This document shows, in pieces, positions 1 through 9,680 of a stretch of 64,000 bases of DNA. The DNA lies in the IMG/VR virus record IMGVR_UViG_3300046718_001244. The stretch is one strand, 5' to 3'. This DNA comes from an uncultured virus (IMG/VR IMGVR_UViG_3300046718_001244). Taxonomy: Duplodnaviria > Heunggongvirae > Uroviricota > Caudoviricetes. Position numbers and translations under genes: made by a program. The first letter of the stretch is position 1, and each line of letters starts with the position of its first letter. A model generated the notes under the pieces. The model did not search any database, was not told the origin of the DNA, and worked only from the letters and a program-made list of their open reading frames with translations.

Positions 1-381
1 ATTTGTGACGTTTGTGACCTCAAACCCAACACCGGAGGCGTTGTGGGGGGTGACGACACAACCATCACCGACCGCATGGACGGTGACGTCGCCTGCGTCA
101 CCGGTGACGCCGCCAAGTGATGGCATGGAAAGTGCGCCGACCGCCTTCCGGTTCGCCCGGAGGGCCCGCATCGCCTCCCGCTGCTTGGCTTTCCTGCGCT
201 CGTCGGACGACAGGAGGCGTTGCCCCGAGGCCTCCTCGGCCTGAAAGGCGGGCAGCGCGGCGGGCGCCGGCGCGGAGTGGATCGCTTTTCGGTTGACAAG
301 CGATTCGGCGATGCTTTCGGCAGCGAGGACGAGGCGCTCGAACAGAGCGAGAAATCTCTCGGCGAAGTCGGCGCCGCGCAT
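1..381 (-). CDS. Partial ORF running off the window start, possible replication initiator N-terminus/linker
   Basis: Open frame I translated from ATG at 381 (TGATG overlap): ...DERRKAKQREAMRALRANRK...VTGDAGDVTV...EVTNVTN; a basic helix followed by VT repeats resembles phage initiator linkers. Confidence 0.4.
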   Translation of the reverse strand, partial: MRGADFAERFLALFERLVLAAESIAESLVNRKAIHSAPAPAALPAFQAEEASGQRLLSSDERRKAKQREAMRALRANRKAVGALSMPSLGGVTGDAGDVTVHAVGDGCVVTPHNASGVGFEVTNVTN

Positions 382-827
382 CACTCCCCCACCCCGCGCT
401 GCTCGTGGTAGCGCGTGAATTCGTCGAGGTGCGTAGAGAGCCCGGCGATGTTTCGCCGGAACTCCGCCTTCTTCTGCTCGACCTCGAAGCTGAGAAGTTG
501 GTCGATTGGCACGAGCGTCTGCTCGCCTGCCCGAACGACCGAGTAGAAGCGCTGGAGGCGCTCGTAGCCGGGTATGATCATCTGCGCGTCCGAAGGCTCG
601 CTCTCGATCTCGACGTTGCGTAGCTCGCGGATGTAGGCCCCGACGAGCGCGTCGATCGCGATGCTCTCGCACTCGAGCCAGTACCAGGACTGCTCACCGT
701 CCGGACGGACGATGTGCCGCCGCACGGCCTGGATCGACCAGGATTTGGTGACGGGCTGGCCCGCCGCAAGGATCCGATCGATGGTCGCCTTGATGAGTTG
801 GCGAAGCTCTGCGGAGGACCGGGTCAT
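381..827 (-). CDS. Hypothetical phage protein
   Basis: 148 aa ORF, stop/start coupled to both neighbours. Confidence 0.7.
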   Translation of the reverse strand: MTRSSAELRQLIKATIDRILAAGQPVTKSWSIQAVRRHIVRPDGEQSWYWLECESIAIDALVGAYIRELRNVEIESEPSDAQMIIPGYERLQRFYSVVRAGEQTLVPIDQLLSFEVEQKKAEFRRNIAGLSTHLDEFTRYHEQRGVGE

Positions 828-1537
828 GGCGCGAGCCTCTTGCGGAGATCGGCGACCCAGCGCGCGAGAAACTCGGTCTCGGAGAGGAGCCTGCGCACCT
901 CGGTCGGCGTCGCCGTCTGCGCCACGATGGCTGGCGCCACCTTGCGCGCGACTTCGACCATCCGCCCGATCTCGCCCATCGCGTACGTCGAGCGCGCGAA
1001 TTCGTTCGGGGTGACGCCTTTCAGGTGCGCGGTCTTCGGTGGATGGGCGGGCTTGCGCCCTTGCTGCGCTAGATCGGTCACCGTGGCAGGATCCCGACGC
1101 TCCACCATCGACTCGTAGCGGGCGGGTTCGTTCCGAGCGAAGCGGGCCACGGCCTGAGCTTGGTGAGCTTGGTGTTTTGATAGTCCTGCTTCTTTCGCGG
1201 AGTTGGAAATGGTTCCGACGCCCGAACCATTCTTTGGGCGCCCGAGCCTACCGGCTCGCTCCATGTCCTCGAGCAAGGCCCCGAGGCGCTCGATCGCTCG
1301 GCCCTTGATCCGCATGGCGGTCTTCATGAGCTCGTCGTCGCCGGCTTGCCTCGCGTAGGACCGGATGGCCTCCGCCTTGTCCGCCCACGACTTGCACTCG
1401 TCCACTCGCACGCACTGCGCGAGGCCCTGCTTGGCGTTGACGTAGAGGTCGGGGAGCTTCGCGTTGCCGACCGCGCCGAATTGCTTCTGGAGGCGGATGG
1501 CGAGATCCGCCGCCTTGTCGGCTCGCTCGTCGAGCAT
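824..1537 (-). CDS. Phage protein with ECKSWADKAEAIRSYARQA motif and HTH-like segment
   Basis: Start MLDERA at TGATG overlap; AKEAGLSKHQAHQAQAVA is HTH-like. Confidence 0.65.
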   Translation of the reverse strand: MLDERADKAADLAIRLQKQFGAVGNAKLPDLYVNAKQGLAQCVRVDECKSWADKAEAIRSYARQAGDDELMKTAMRIKGRAIERLGALLEDMERAGRLGRPKNGSGVGTISNSAKEAGLSKHQAHQAQAVARFARNEPARYESMVERRDPATVTDLAQQGRKPAHPPKTAHLKGVTPNEFARSTYAMGEIGRMVEVARKVAPAIVAQTATPTEVRRLLSETEFLARWVADLRKRLAP

Positions 1538-2232
1538 CACGCGCTCCGCCGCGACAGTGCGGACGTCCGCTCGGAATTGTAGAGGCGTCCCTTCCAGCCG
1601 ATGTAGACCCCGGCGACCTTCCCCTCGCGCACCCAGTGCCCAAGCGAGGAGACCGCGCTCTCGTTGGAGCGGTAGTGGTGCTGGATCGCCTGCACGGCTT
1701 CGACCAGGCGGCAGCCGTCGTTCTGCTCGACGTACGCGCGGAGCGCCGCGCACGAGGCCTTGAAGCTCGTGAAGTGTCCGCCGGCAGGAGAGCCAGCCAC
1801 CGCGTGGGTCTTGTGCTCCGGTCGGAGAGCCTCGAGTAGCCTTCGGTCCGTCGGGGGCCGCAGCCTAGCGGGCTCGCACAAGACGATCGCCGCGTCGTCC
1901 ACGACGAAGACGCCGAAACCGTAGAACGATCGCGCGACGCGCAGGGCTTCGGTGCGGCCCACCGACTTCCGATGGAGCTTCGGTACGGCGATCCACACGC
2001 ACCCAAACTCGTGCAGGTCCCAGTAGCGAGCCTGCGCGAGCAGTTCGAAGGAAAGCTCCACTTTGCACTCGACGATGTGGACAAGGTCGCCGGCGACCGC
2101 CACGAGGTCGGTGCGCGTGCTGTCCGCGGGAGCCAATGGCGACGTCACCTCTTGGTACACGTCGGCGTGCTGGGATTCGAAGTGGTCGGCGACCGCAGCC
2201 GCGATCACACGCTCGGAATGCCGAGCTTTCAC
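1537..2232 (-). CDS. PD-(D/E)XK nuclease-fold protein
   Basis: YQEV...RTDLVAV...HIVECK motif spacing; start uncertain. Confidence 0.65.
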   Translation of the reverse strand: MKARHSERVIAAAVADHFESQHADVYQEVTSPLAPADSTRTDLVAVAGDLVHIVECKVELSFELLAQARYWDLHEFGCVWIAVPKLHRKSVGRTEALRVARSFYGFGVFVVDDAAIVLCEPARLRPPTDRRLLEALRPEHKTHAVAGSPAGGHFTSFKASCAALRAYVEQNDGCRLVEAVQAIQHHYRSNESAVSSLGHWVREGKVAGVYIGWKGRLYNSERTSALSRRSA

Positions 2233-2413
2233 TGACCGGACCTCATCGCAGACCCCTCTCGTCTGGACGCACACGCTCCATCGCGCGGCGAAGAAAATCA
2301 CCCTACGCCTGAGCGACGCGCGCAGGCAAGAATCGCGAAGGCAGGACGCGAAGGAAAATGCACGGTGCAGTCAGAAGTGACTCACCAGCCCGCACTCCTT
2401 GCGTACAGCACGC

Positions 2414-2454
2414 AAAAAAAACCCGCGCCGAGGGGAGGGGCCCAAGGCGCGGGT
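2414..2454 (-). terminator. Rho-independent terminator
   Basis: ACCCGCGCC/GGCGCGGGT stem followed by a T-run on the minus strand. Confidence 0.75.
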
Positions 2455-2560
2455 CGCGTGCTCATCGACTCAGAAGACCCGAAGGATCGAAACCGATCGG
2501 ATACGCCAGGCCGGGAAAGCCCCCCCAAGATACGGGTCAGATCCTACCCAGGCAACTGGG

Positions 2561-2761
2561 TCACTTGCGACCCACTACCGTGTGGGGTCGGGTGAGCCGG
2601 CGGAAGTTGCTCCGGTCGATCCCCGCCATCCTGGCGGCCTCGGAGAGGTTGCCATTGCTTCTCCGGAGCAGCTCCGCGGAGTAGGCGGCGTGGAAGGCCG
2701 TGAGGAGCTTGCTCCGGGCCTCTGCGAAGGGAGCGTCGTCGTCGAAGTCGATGCGCTTCAC
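2561..2761 (-). CDS. Stand-alone Fis-family HTH protein
   Basis: PFAEARSKLLTAFHAAYSAELLRRSNGNLSEAARMAGIDRSNFRRL matches NtrC/Fis C-terminal HTH pattern. Confidence 0.8.
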   Translation of the reverse strand: MKRIDFDDDAPFAEARSKLLTAFHAAYSAELLRRSNGNLSEAARMAGIDRSNFRRLTRPHTVVGRK

Positions 2762-2985
2762 GAGGGCTTCTTGTGGCGCGCCGCGACCGCGATCGCCTCG
2801 TCGAGCACCCCCCGGAGCGCGCACGCCTGCGCGAGCGAGAGCACGCACGGCGCCGCGTAGATCTCGACGCCGGCCTCGCTGACGTAGACGTTGATCTGTC
2901 GATCCTGGGCCGACGTCCCTACCGCAGCAGGCGCGTGCTCCGGGATCGCGCTCGTCGGATCGACTGTACCGATCTTGATGGACAT
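2758..2985 (-). CDS. Hypothetical protein
   Basis: Coupled ORF starting MSIKIG. Confidence 0.55.
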   Translation of the reverse strand: MSIKIGTVDPTSAIPEHAPAAVGTSAQDRQINVYVSEAGVEIYAAPCVLSLAQACALRGVLDEAIAVAARHKKPS

Positions 2986-3047
2986 GGTGGAACCTCCACC
3001 CGAGATCCAGAGCAAGGAGGAGGCCGAAGGTCAAGAAGTACCCGCGC

Positions 3048-3347
3048 CTACCGTCCCTCCCGGATCGCCTTCGCGAGCGCCTTCCCATGGGCCGCGCAGA
3101 GCGCCACCCGACTTCCCCCGACGACGTAGGACCTCGCCGGCTCGGCGCACCCGACGCAGAAGCCGCCGTCCACCCCCACGACCTTGGCGCTCTTTCGCTC
3201 GATCGCGGCGTGCAGCCCGCAGAGCGATCCCCCCGCCTTCGCGGCTCTCCTGCACGGCCTCGGAGCGTGCTTTCCGTACGAGTCGTGCACGGTCGTCGCC
3301 GCGCACATGGGAGCGCCCTCTGGCGCGGGGACGCCGCCGGACATCAC
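3048..3347 (-). CDS. Cys-rich (zinc-finger-like) hypothetical protein
   Basis: CxxH/CxxC pairs. Confidence 0.5.
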   Translation of the reverse strand: MMSGGVPAPEGAPMCAATTVHDSYGKHAPRPCRRAAKAGGSLCGLHAAIERKSAKVVGVDGGFCVGCAEPARSYVVGGSRVALCAAHGKALAKAIREGR

Positions 3348-3577
3348 GGCTCGTCGGGGTCGACCCGCTTGAGCGACGAGAACCGGAAGCGCCCGAGGCG
3401 CACCTCATCGCCCTTCGTGAACCACACGCAGTCGGCCTCCCACCGCTGGTCTGAGTCCGGCCCGCGCTCACACACGAAGGTCACCGTCATGGGCGGCCCG
3501 CCGCTCCGCAGGGCCACGGTGTCGCCTACCTCGAAGCGAGCCCGCTCGAGATTGCCTGCAGCCTCCTCGGCGCTCAT
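3344..3577 (-). CDS. YodC/DUF2158 family small protein
   Basis: FEVGDTVALRSGGPPMTV...CVWF signature. Confidence 0.85.
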   Translation of the reverse strand: MSAEEAAGNLERARFEVGDTVALRSGGPPMTVTFVCERGPDSDQRWEADCVWFTKGDEVRLGRFRFSSLKRVDPDEP

Positions 3578-3992
3578 CCGAGCACCACCAGTCGGATGAA
3601 CATCTCGACCGCGCCAGCGACCACGACGAGGACCACGACGAGCCCCATCGTGCAGAGGAACGCATTCTCTGCCAGCCGCCACCGCCGGCAGTTCGGCACC
3701 ATGCAGGCCGTGCCCAGGTACGGGTGTCTGCAGGACTCGAAGACGGGCGGCGGAACAGGAATGGGAGGCCTGGCAGGCGGTTTCATGACCTACCCGTGGC
3801 CGATCGGCTTGAGCAGGTCCTTCTTGAGCGTGACCGTCAGCTTCCGTCCCGGCTCGTGACCTGGGAGCTTCGCGCGGCAATCGCGGCAGAGGGTCTCCCC
3901 GATCGCCTTGGCCATTGCCGCCTCGCCGCTCCGCGCGAGGATTGCGCGCAGCTTCGCGGCGCACGGCTGGCAGAGGTTCAACTTGAAGAGCA

Positions 3993-4643
3993 TCAGATCA
4001 CCCGAAACCCATCCCTGCCGACCTCGTAGAGCCGCAGGGGCTTGTCGTGATGCGCGACCGCGTGCGCCGCGTGGATGTTCCCTCGGTCGAACTGCGCGTG
4101 GTCATGCCCGCAGCAGACGTGGATGTGGGACCGCTTCTGCATGAGCGCCCCGAGGCCTTCTTTCCCCACCGTCCCCTCGAAGAGCCCGAGGGTCCTGCCG
4201 TGGGGTCCGTGGTGCATCGCCACGACGACGGGCCTTCCTGGATCCCGGCTCGCCAGCTCGAGCCCCGCGAGGGTGTCCTTGCCGATCGCGCCGAGCGCCC
4301 GAAAGGCCAGCGCCCTCCGGTGAAAGCGCGTGTCGACGGGCACGAGAAGGGCTCCGTCGAGGTCCACCGGTCCATGCAGCGGAAAGGTCTTGTCGATCGG
4401 CCCACGGCCATCGTGGTTTCCTGGGACCACCGTCTTGCCGAGTCCGAGCGAGGGGCGCCAGTGCTGCGAGAGCACCCCTTCGAGCTCGGCGACCTGAGCT
4501 CCCGTGCCGTAAGCGGTGAGGTCGCCGGTGAGGAGGAGATGGCGGGCCCCCGCGGACTGCGCGGCCTCGAGCGAGCGGATCACTCTTCCGCGGCGATCGG
4601 AGGTGCCGTTCAGGTGAAGGTCGGTGAGGTGGGCGACGATCAT
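3993..4643 (-). CDS. Calcineurin-like metallophosphoesterase
   Basis: DLH, GDLT, PGNHD, MHH, CGHDH motifs. Confidence 0.9.
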   Translation of the reverse strand: MIVAHLTDLHLNGTSDRRGRVIRSLEAAQSAGARHLLLTGDLTAYGTGAQVAELEGVLSQHWRPSLGLGKTVVPGNHDGRGPIDKTFPLHGPVDLDGALLVPVDTRFHRRALAFRALGAIGKDTLAGLELASRDPGRPVVVAMHHGPHGRTLGLFEGTVGKEGLGALMQKRSHIHVCCGHDHAQFDRGNIHAAHAVAHHDKPLRLYEVGRDGFRVI

Positions 4644-5104
4644 GGAGTCTCTAGCAGGAGCATGGCCTCTTCGACCGCCGGGAGATCCTGCGCGAGCACC
4701 TCCCACCCGAAGATCTCCAGGTTGGCCACCGACAGCTCCGTGGCCTTCGGGTCGCGAAGGAGCGCTCGCACGACCGATCCTGGCTTTACGAGACGCAGGC
4801 TCTCCATGCGACGGTGGCCCGGTGGCAGGACGAGCTTGACGTCGTCCACGTGCAGCGCGACGTGATGGATCGTCGGCGGATCCGATGTGAAGTTGGCGCT
4901 GCGCCAGATCTGATGGGTCCCAATGCGCCCTTGGAGCATCGAGGTCTCGCTCGGGTGCGTGCGGAGCATGTCGACGCCGCTGGCGAGCGCCGCGGCCGGG
5001 ATCGCCGCCCTCACGAACTCGAGGAGCGTTCCCTCGCCGCCCTCGCGGATCAGACCCGCGATCAGTCGCGCTCTTCGTTCCAGTTGCAGATGCTCCACGC
5101 TCAC
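4640..5104 (-). CDS. Hypothetical protein
   Basis: Coupled ORF with GTGA overlap. Confidence 0.5.
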   Translation of the reverse strand: MSVEHLQLERRARLIAGLIREGGEGTLLEFVRAAIPAAALASGVDMLRTHPSETSMLQGRIGTHQIWRSANFTSDPPTIHHVALHVDDVKLVLPPGHRRMESLRLVKPGSVVRALLRDPKATELSVANLEIFGWEVLAQDLPAVEEAMLLLETP

Positions 5105-6623
5105 GAGGGCGGCCCTCCGTTGTTCCCGTAGGCCTCGGCGCACTCCTTCTTGCAGAAGGGCTCGATCGTGTGCCCGCACCCGAGCTTGATCGGGATGTAC
5201 CCGAATCGATCCCCTTCGAGGAGCGGAAGCGGACCGCGGCACCAGAGACACGGCGTGTCCTTGGTGACGGGCTGTTGCGCTGGGTGGGTGTGATCCTCGC
5301 TCATCGGCGAAGTTCCGGCAGGCGATCGGGCAGCGGAGGCAACCTCTTGAGGAACGCCTTCGCCGCGCAGTCCGCGCTGCAGGCGTCGATCCGGTAATTG
5401 TCCTCGTTGAGCGAGGGATCGACGTCGGGCGTGACGCTTTGCCCGATCACCCGGAACTGGACCTCCGGAAGGATCGAGTACCACGGCGGATGCTCGTGGC
5501 GCTTGTCCTTGCCCAGCACGAAGGTGCGCGTCTGCCCGCACCCGTCGCACGTGATCTTCCGAATCTCCTCGGTCGACATGGTCTTGCCCTTTCCGGTCTT
5601 GCGCGTGGACTGCTCGATCATGACGGAGGATTCTCCGCGCGGCGGAGCGCCTTGACTCTTGCCATCTCGTCCACGCCTTCGCCAAAGAGAGCGCGGTGGT
5701 CGTCGCAGAGTCCGGCGACGACGCGATCGAATCCGTACTGGTGCACGCACGAGAGGGCCAAGGCGCCGCCGCCGACCACCAGCGCGCGACTGTTGGCCCC
5801 TGCCATCGACACCGCCGTATCCCGGCAGACGCACAAGACGCAGACAGGGTTGTCGCTCACGCCGCCCTCTTCGCCTTGGCCGGCCTTCTCGCCTCGATCA
5901 CCACGATCGCGAGATCCGCGATCCTCTCCGCTCTCCGCACCACCTCACCCGCCGAGAGGGCGGTGTTCTCGGACATGCGGTGGACCATCTGATCGAAGAG
6001 AGTTTGCCACACGCGCGAGGGTCGTCTTCGGTACCGGAGGTGCGCGACGTCGGCGTCATGGGGACGCCGGGCCGAGACGACCTCGCCCATGCGATCGGCC
6101 GCGAGCTCGGCGTCGCGCACGATGGCCGCCGGCGATCGCCCACCCGATCGCACGGCCGCCTTGAGCACCGTCTGAAAGTCGTGCTCGAACACCCGGAACT
6201 TCCGCAGCGCCTGCGAGAAGCGTGGACGGCGACGGTCCACCATGACCACACGGACCCGGGCCCGCCTCTTCGCGATCGCGCGGTGGTGCTCGCGCAGGAC
6301 CTTGCGCGCCGCCCGGACGGCGTCCATGGGCGGACCCGGCTTCGGCTCCTTCTTCACGATGGCGCGACCCCCGCCTTCTTCGCCGCCGCCGCGACGAAGT
6401 CGGTCACGTCCGTGCCGCTGCCCTCGAGAAACGCCATGGCGAGGTCGGTCTTCTCCTCGTGCGTCTCGGCCGCCGCGAAGGCGAGGTCGAAGGCGTGCCT
6501 CCGATCCGCCCGCCTCCTTTCGAGGTAATCGAGGAGGTTCGGCACCATCGTGCGGATGAAGGCGATGACCTCCGGACCGACCGAGGCTTCCAGACCCGCC
6601 GTAAATGCGTCCTTGCCGTCCAT
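5101..6623 (-). other. Run of five small coupled hypothetical genes (5101-5304, 5301-5621, 5618-5860, 5857-6357, 6354-6623), several with CxxC
   Basis: 4-bp stop/start overlaps throughout. Confidence 0.55.
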
Positions 6624-6662
6624 GCCTCAGATCCCTAGCCCCGGATCGATCCGACGCGCAAG

Positions 6663-7742
6663 TCAAGCCCCGAGCGCCTCCGCGAGGGCCGCGAAGAGGG
6701 CCAGATTGCCATCGTGGACGAGCCCCGCGAGCTTCGACCGGTACCCGTCCGAGCGCTCGAGAAAGCCGCCCACGCCCTCCCTCGTGATCCTGTCGGCTCT
6801 CTCCCCGTACCCCGCTGCAGATAGGTAATTGGCGTTCAAAGCCTGCTCGTACTGGCCGTGGTAGGGGATCGCGAGGAGCGGCTTTCCGAGGTAGAGCGCC
6901 TCGGTCATCGTCGTGAAGCCGCCGCCGGCGAGGACGGCACGAGAGGACGCCATGTCTTCCAGAAACCCGACCCCCATCGGCAGGAAGGTGATGTTGCCGC
7001 GGGTCTCCACGACCTTCACTCCCGTCCCATACACGTGGAAGGGCACCCCGCCGATCCCCGAGAGCGCCGCGAGCCGCCCCGGATCCGATTTGTCGTTGAA
7101 GTAGACGACGACGTGATCCCCTGAGGTCCTCGGCCAGGAGAGCGTTTCAGGTCGCAAGATCGGCAGGTGCAGCGAGGTCCTCTCCCTCGCAAGGGAGATC
7201 CCCGCCACGCCCTCCCCCACGAAGGAGGTCACGAGGTACTTCTTGGCTCCGGGCACCATCCGCTCGACGACGGGGAGCATGACGCCTCTCGCCTCGGCAT
7301 CTCCGAGGCCCGCGAGCTCGATCTTCGGGTCGTGTCGGCAGTGACTCGCGAAGTGGATGTTGTCGACGGCGACGAGGGGGAGTCCCGAGACGCCGGCGTA
7401 CCTGGCGCTCCATGGCTCGAAGTCCGAGACCACAGCATCGGGCCGAGCCCACCCCACCCCCGCCGCCGTCAGCGTGTGCGCGAGGGGACCGACAGCGAGT
7501 TGCAGCGCGGCATTGCCGAGAGCGGTGCCGACCGGGTCGACGCGGTTTCGGGAGAGCGCGGTGTGAAGGCCCAGGGTCGGGATCACTCTCCCCCCGCCGT
7601 ACCGCTTCAAGTGATCGAACGCTCTCCCGAACGAGCACACGTAGGTGAGATCATGTCCGAGGCCTCGGAGATGGGATCCGACGACCGCGCTGCGGATCGC
7701 GTGGCCCATGCCCTCGCCGCATACGCCGTAGAGGATCCTCAC
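6663..7742 (-). CDS. GT-B glycosyltransferase, MJ1255/VC2487-like
   Basis: MRILYGVCGEGMGHAIRS, VVSDFEP, GGFTTMTEALYLGKPLLAIPYHGQYEQALNA. Confidence 0.9.
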   Translation of the reverse strand: MRILYGVCGEGMGHAIRSAVVGSHLRGLGHDLTYVCSFGRAFDHLKRYGGGRVIPTLGLHTALSRNRVDPVGTALGNAALQLAVGPLAHTLTAAGVGWARPDAVVSDFEPWSARYAGVSGLPLVAVDNIHFASHCRHDPKIELAGLGDAEARGVMLPVVERMVPGAKKYLVTSFVGEGVAGISLARERTSLHLPILRPETLSWPRTSGDHVVVYFNDKSDPGRLAALSGIGGVPFHVYGTGVKVVETRGNITFLPMGVGFLEDMASSRAVLAGGGFTTMTEALYLGKPLLAIPYHGQYEQALNANYLSAAGYGERADRITREGVGGFLERSDGYRSKLAGLVHDGNLALFAALAEALGA

Positions 7743-7762
7743 GAGCGTGCTACGCTCGGAGC

Positions 7763-7987
7763 ATGCACCTGACCGTGGAGTTCGACAGGGAGGAGGACGG
7801 GCGATCCATCGCCGAGGTCCTCGAGCTTCCTGGGGTCATGGTCTACGGGGCGAGCCGGGACGATGCGCTCGCGCGCGTCCAGACCCTTGCGCTCGATGTC
7901 CTCGCCTGCGACTTGCGTGCGGGTCGCCGGAAAGCGACCGACGTCATGACGGTCGAGTTCGTGACGCAGGACCGCGCCGCCGCCTGA
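7763..7987 (+). CDS. hicB: HicB-family antitoxin (short, no DNA-binding domain)
   Basis: VEFDREEDGRSIAEVLELPGVMVYGASRDDAL. Confidence 0.85.
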   Translation: MHLTVEFDREEDGRSIAEVLELPGVMVYGASRDDALARVQTLALDVLACDLRAGRRKATDVMTVEFVTQDRAAA

Positions 7988-8199
7988 TGGGGCGTTGGGG
8001 GGCCTGCAAGGCGCCGCGTGTGCTCGCGGCGCTTTTGCGCATCGGGTGGCGCGTGACCGAGCAGCACGGCTCTCACCGGACGCTCGAGCGAGAGGGCTAT
8101 CCGGCGACCACCTTTGCGTTTCACGACCGGGAGGAGATCGGACCCCCGATGCTGGCGCGCATCGGAAAGCGCACGGGCCTTCGGCCCGAGGATCTCTGA
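7987..8199 (+). CDS. hicA: HicA-family mRNA interferase toxin
   Basis: VLAALLRIGW...QHGSH...FAFHDREEIGPPMLARI. Confidence 0.85.
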   Translation: MGRWGACKAPRVLAALLRIGWRVTEQHGSHRTLEREGYPATTFAFHDREEIGPPMLARIGKRTGLRPEDL

Positions 8200-8277
8200 G
8201 CGGCAAAGGCTGAGGCTCGCCGCCACCGCCTCCGTGGGTGAGGACAGAGCCCAGGGCGGGCCCCCCGAAGCTCTCTC

Positions 8278-8535
8278 TCACGGATCCCACGCGTACCTCA
8301 CCCCGAGGAGGCCCGCCAAGCCGAGGATCCCGAGCAGCCCCGTCGCCGCAGCCCCGCCGATGATGTAGGCGGGCTTCTTCGCCTCCGGCGCAACCAACCA
8401 TCCGACCCCCGCGCCGATCGCCGCGTCGACCAGGACCGACCCAGAGCTCTGCGTGAGGGTCCCGAGGACGATCCCTCCGGGCGTCGGCGCCCCCAGGCCC
8501 ATCGGCGTCTCGATGGCGGTGCTCACGCCGATCAT
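8278..8535 (-). CDS. Small membrane protein, putative virion membrane
   Basis: Two Gly/Ala-rich hydrophobic segments after PMGLGAP. Confidence 0.6.
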   Translation of the reverse strand: MIGVSTAIETPMGLGAPTPGGIVLGTLTQSSGSVLVDAAIGAGVGWLVAPEAKKPAYIIGGAAATGLLGILGLAGLLGVRYAWDP

Positions 8536-8590
8536 CGTAGCAGAAGAGCTATCCGAGGGGAGTGAGGACGATGGCCGCAGCAACCTGCGC

Positions 8591-8980
8591 TTATGACTTG
8601 GCGATGAGACCCGAAGGGACGGACGCGCCATTCGCCCCGCTCCATGTCCCCATGACACGGCCGCTCGACGCATTGACGCTCGTGAACCCGGAGGAAGTGG
8701 CCAGGGCGGTAGCATCCGTACCCGAAGGCGTCGTCAGCACATAGTCGGTCCCCGTCTGCAGCGTCGTAACCTGCGTCGTCCACGGCAGCGGCGCCGCTTT
8801 TGCTTGGGCGTTCGCGTAGGCAAGGTATCCGAGCGTGACGACACCGCCGATGGCCGCTCCGATGAGGCCCCCACGGACACGGTTTTCGCCATCGACCGTA
8901 GCCCCGATCCCCGCGCCGACGACGGGCGGACCCACAAGGATGAGCGCAACCGCCCCAGCCAGCGACTCCATCCCTGCCAT
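8591..8980 (-). CDS. Membrane protein with Ser/Thr-rich ectodomain
   Basis: Two N-terminal glycine-zipper TM segments. Confidence 0.65.
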   Translation of the reverse strand: MAGMESLAGAVALILVGPPVVGAGIGATVDGENRVRGGLIGAAIGGVVTLGYLAYANAQAKAAPLPWTTQVTTLQTGTDYVLTTPSGTDATALATSSGFTSVNASSGRVMGTWSGANGASVPSGLIAKS

Positions 8981-8983
8981 GGT

Positions 8984-9676
8984 TCAGGCCACTCGCAGGA
9001 GCTTCGGCAGAAACGGAAAGGGCGGCTTCTTGACGACAGCTTTGCCCACGCCGGCGGTGCCGGTGAGGACGACGGTGACCGGGGTCGTCGCTCCGGACGA
9101 CGAAGAGGTCAGGGTGGCGGTCCCCGGCGCGATCGCGACGAAGCCCCCGCTGACGCCCGGCGCCGGCGCGAGGACGGCGCTGTTGCTGGTCGAGGCATCA
9201 GCGGCCACCCCGAGGCGCACGACCATCAAGCTGTCGCCGACCTTCACCGTCGGGCTCGTGCCCTCCGGGATCGGGATGACGCTCGCCTGCGAGTACGTGG
9301 GAGCCACCACCCCCGCCGGCTTCTGCGAGGCCGCCACCGCCACGACGGCGAGCCATCCGACGGTGTTGATCGCCGCCAGGCCCAGAAAAAACGTCATCCA
9401 CGGGTGCTCCTCGACGAAGCCTCCCACCGGATTTTCCATTGCCTTGCCCATGCCGGTCTCTCTTTCCGCTCGCGTGATGGCCCGGTGGGCCTTGACGTAG
9501 TCGCCGTGGGAGATGGTCTTACGCCGGCGCATCATCGAGAGACGTGCTGCGGCGTTGCCGATGTGGTGCGGGTCGAGCCTCCCTCGCGCGTTGGTGAGCG
9601 GAAGCTTTCGCTTTGCTGGCAAAGCGAAGGCGCTATCAGGCAAATTCTGCCGAGCGCGGTACGTCAGGCTAGCCAT
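8984..9676 (-). CDS. Membrane protein: basic DUF6582-like N-terminus, ENP motif, TM, Ig-like C-terminus
   Basis: RQNLPDSAFALPAKRKLPL...HIGNAAAR; MENP; paralog of 9681-10424. Confidence 0.7.
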   Translation of the reverse strand: MASLTYRARQNLPDSAFALPAKRKLPLTNARGRLDPHHIGNAAARLSMMRRRKTISHGDYVKAHRAITRAERETGMGKAMENPVGGFVEEHPWMTFFLGLAAINTVGWLAVVAVAASQKPAGVVAPTYSQASVIPIPEGTSPTVKVGDSLMVVRLGVAADASTSNSAVLAPAPGVSGGFVAIAPGTATLTSSSSGATTPVTVVLTGTAGVGKAVVKKPPFPFLPKLLRVA

Positions 9677-9680
9677 GGTC

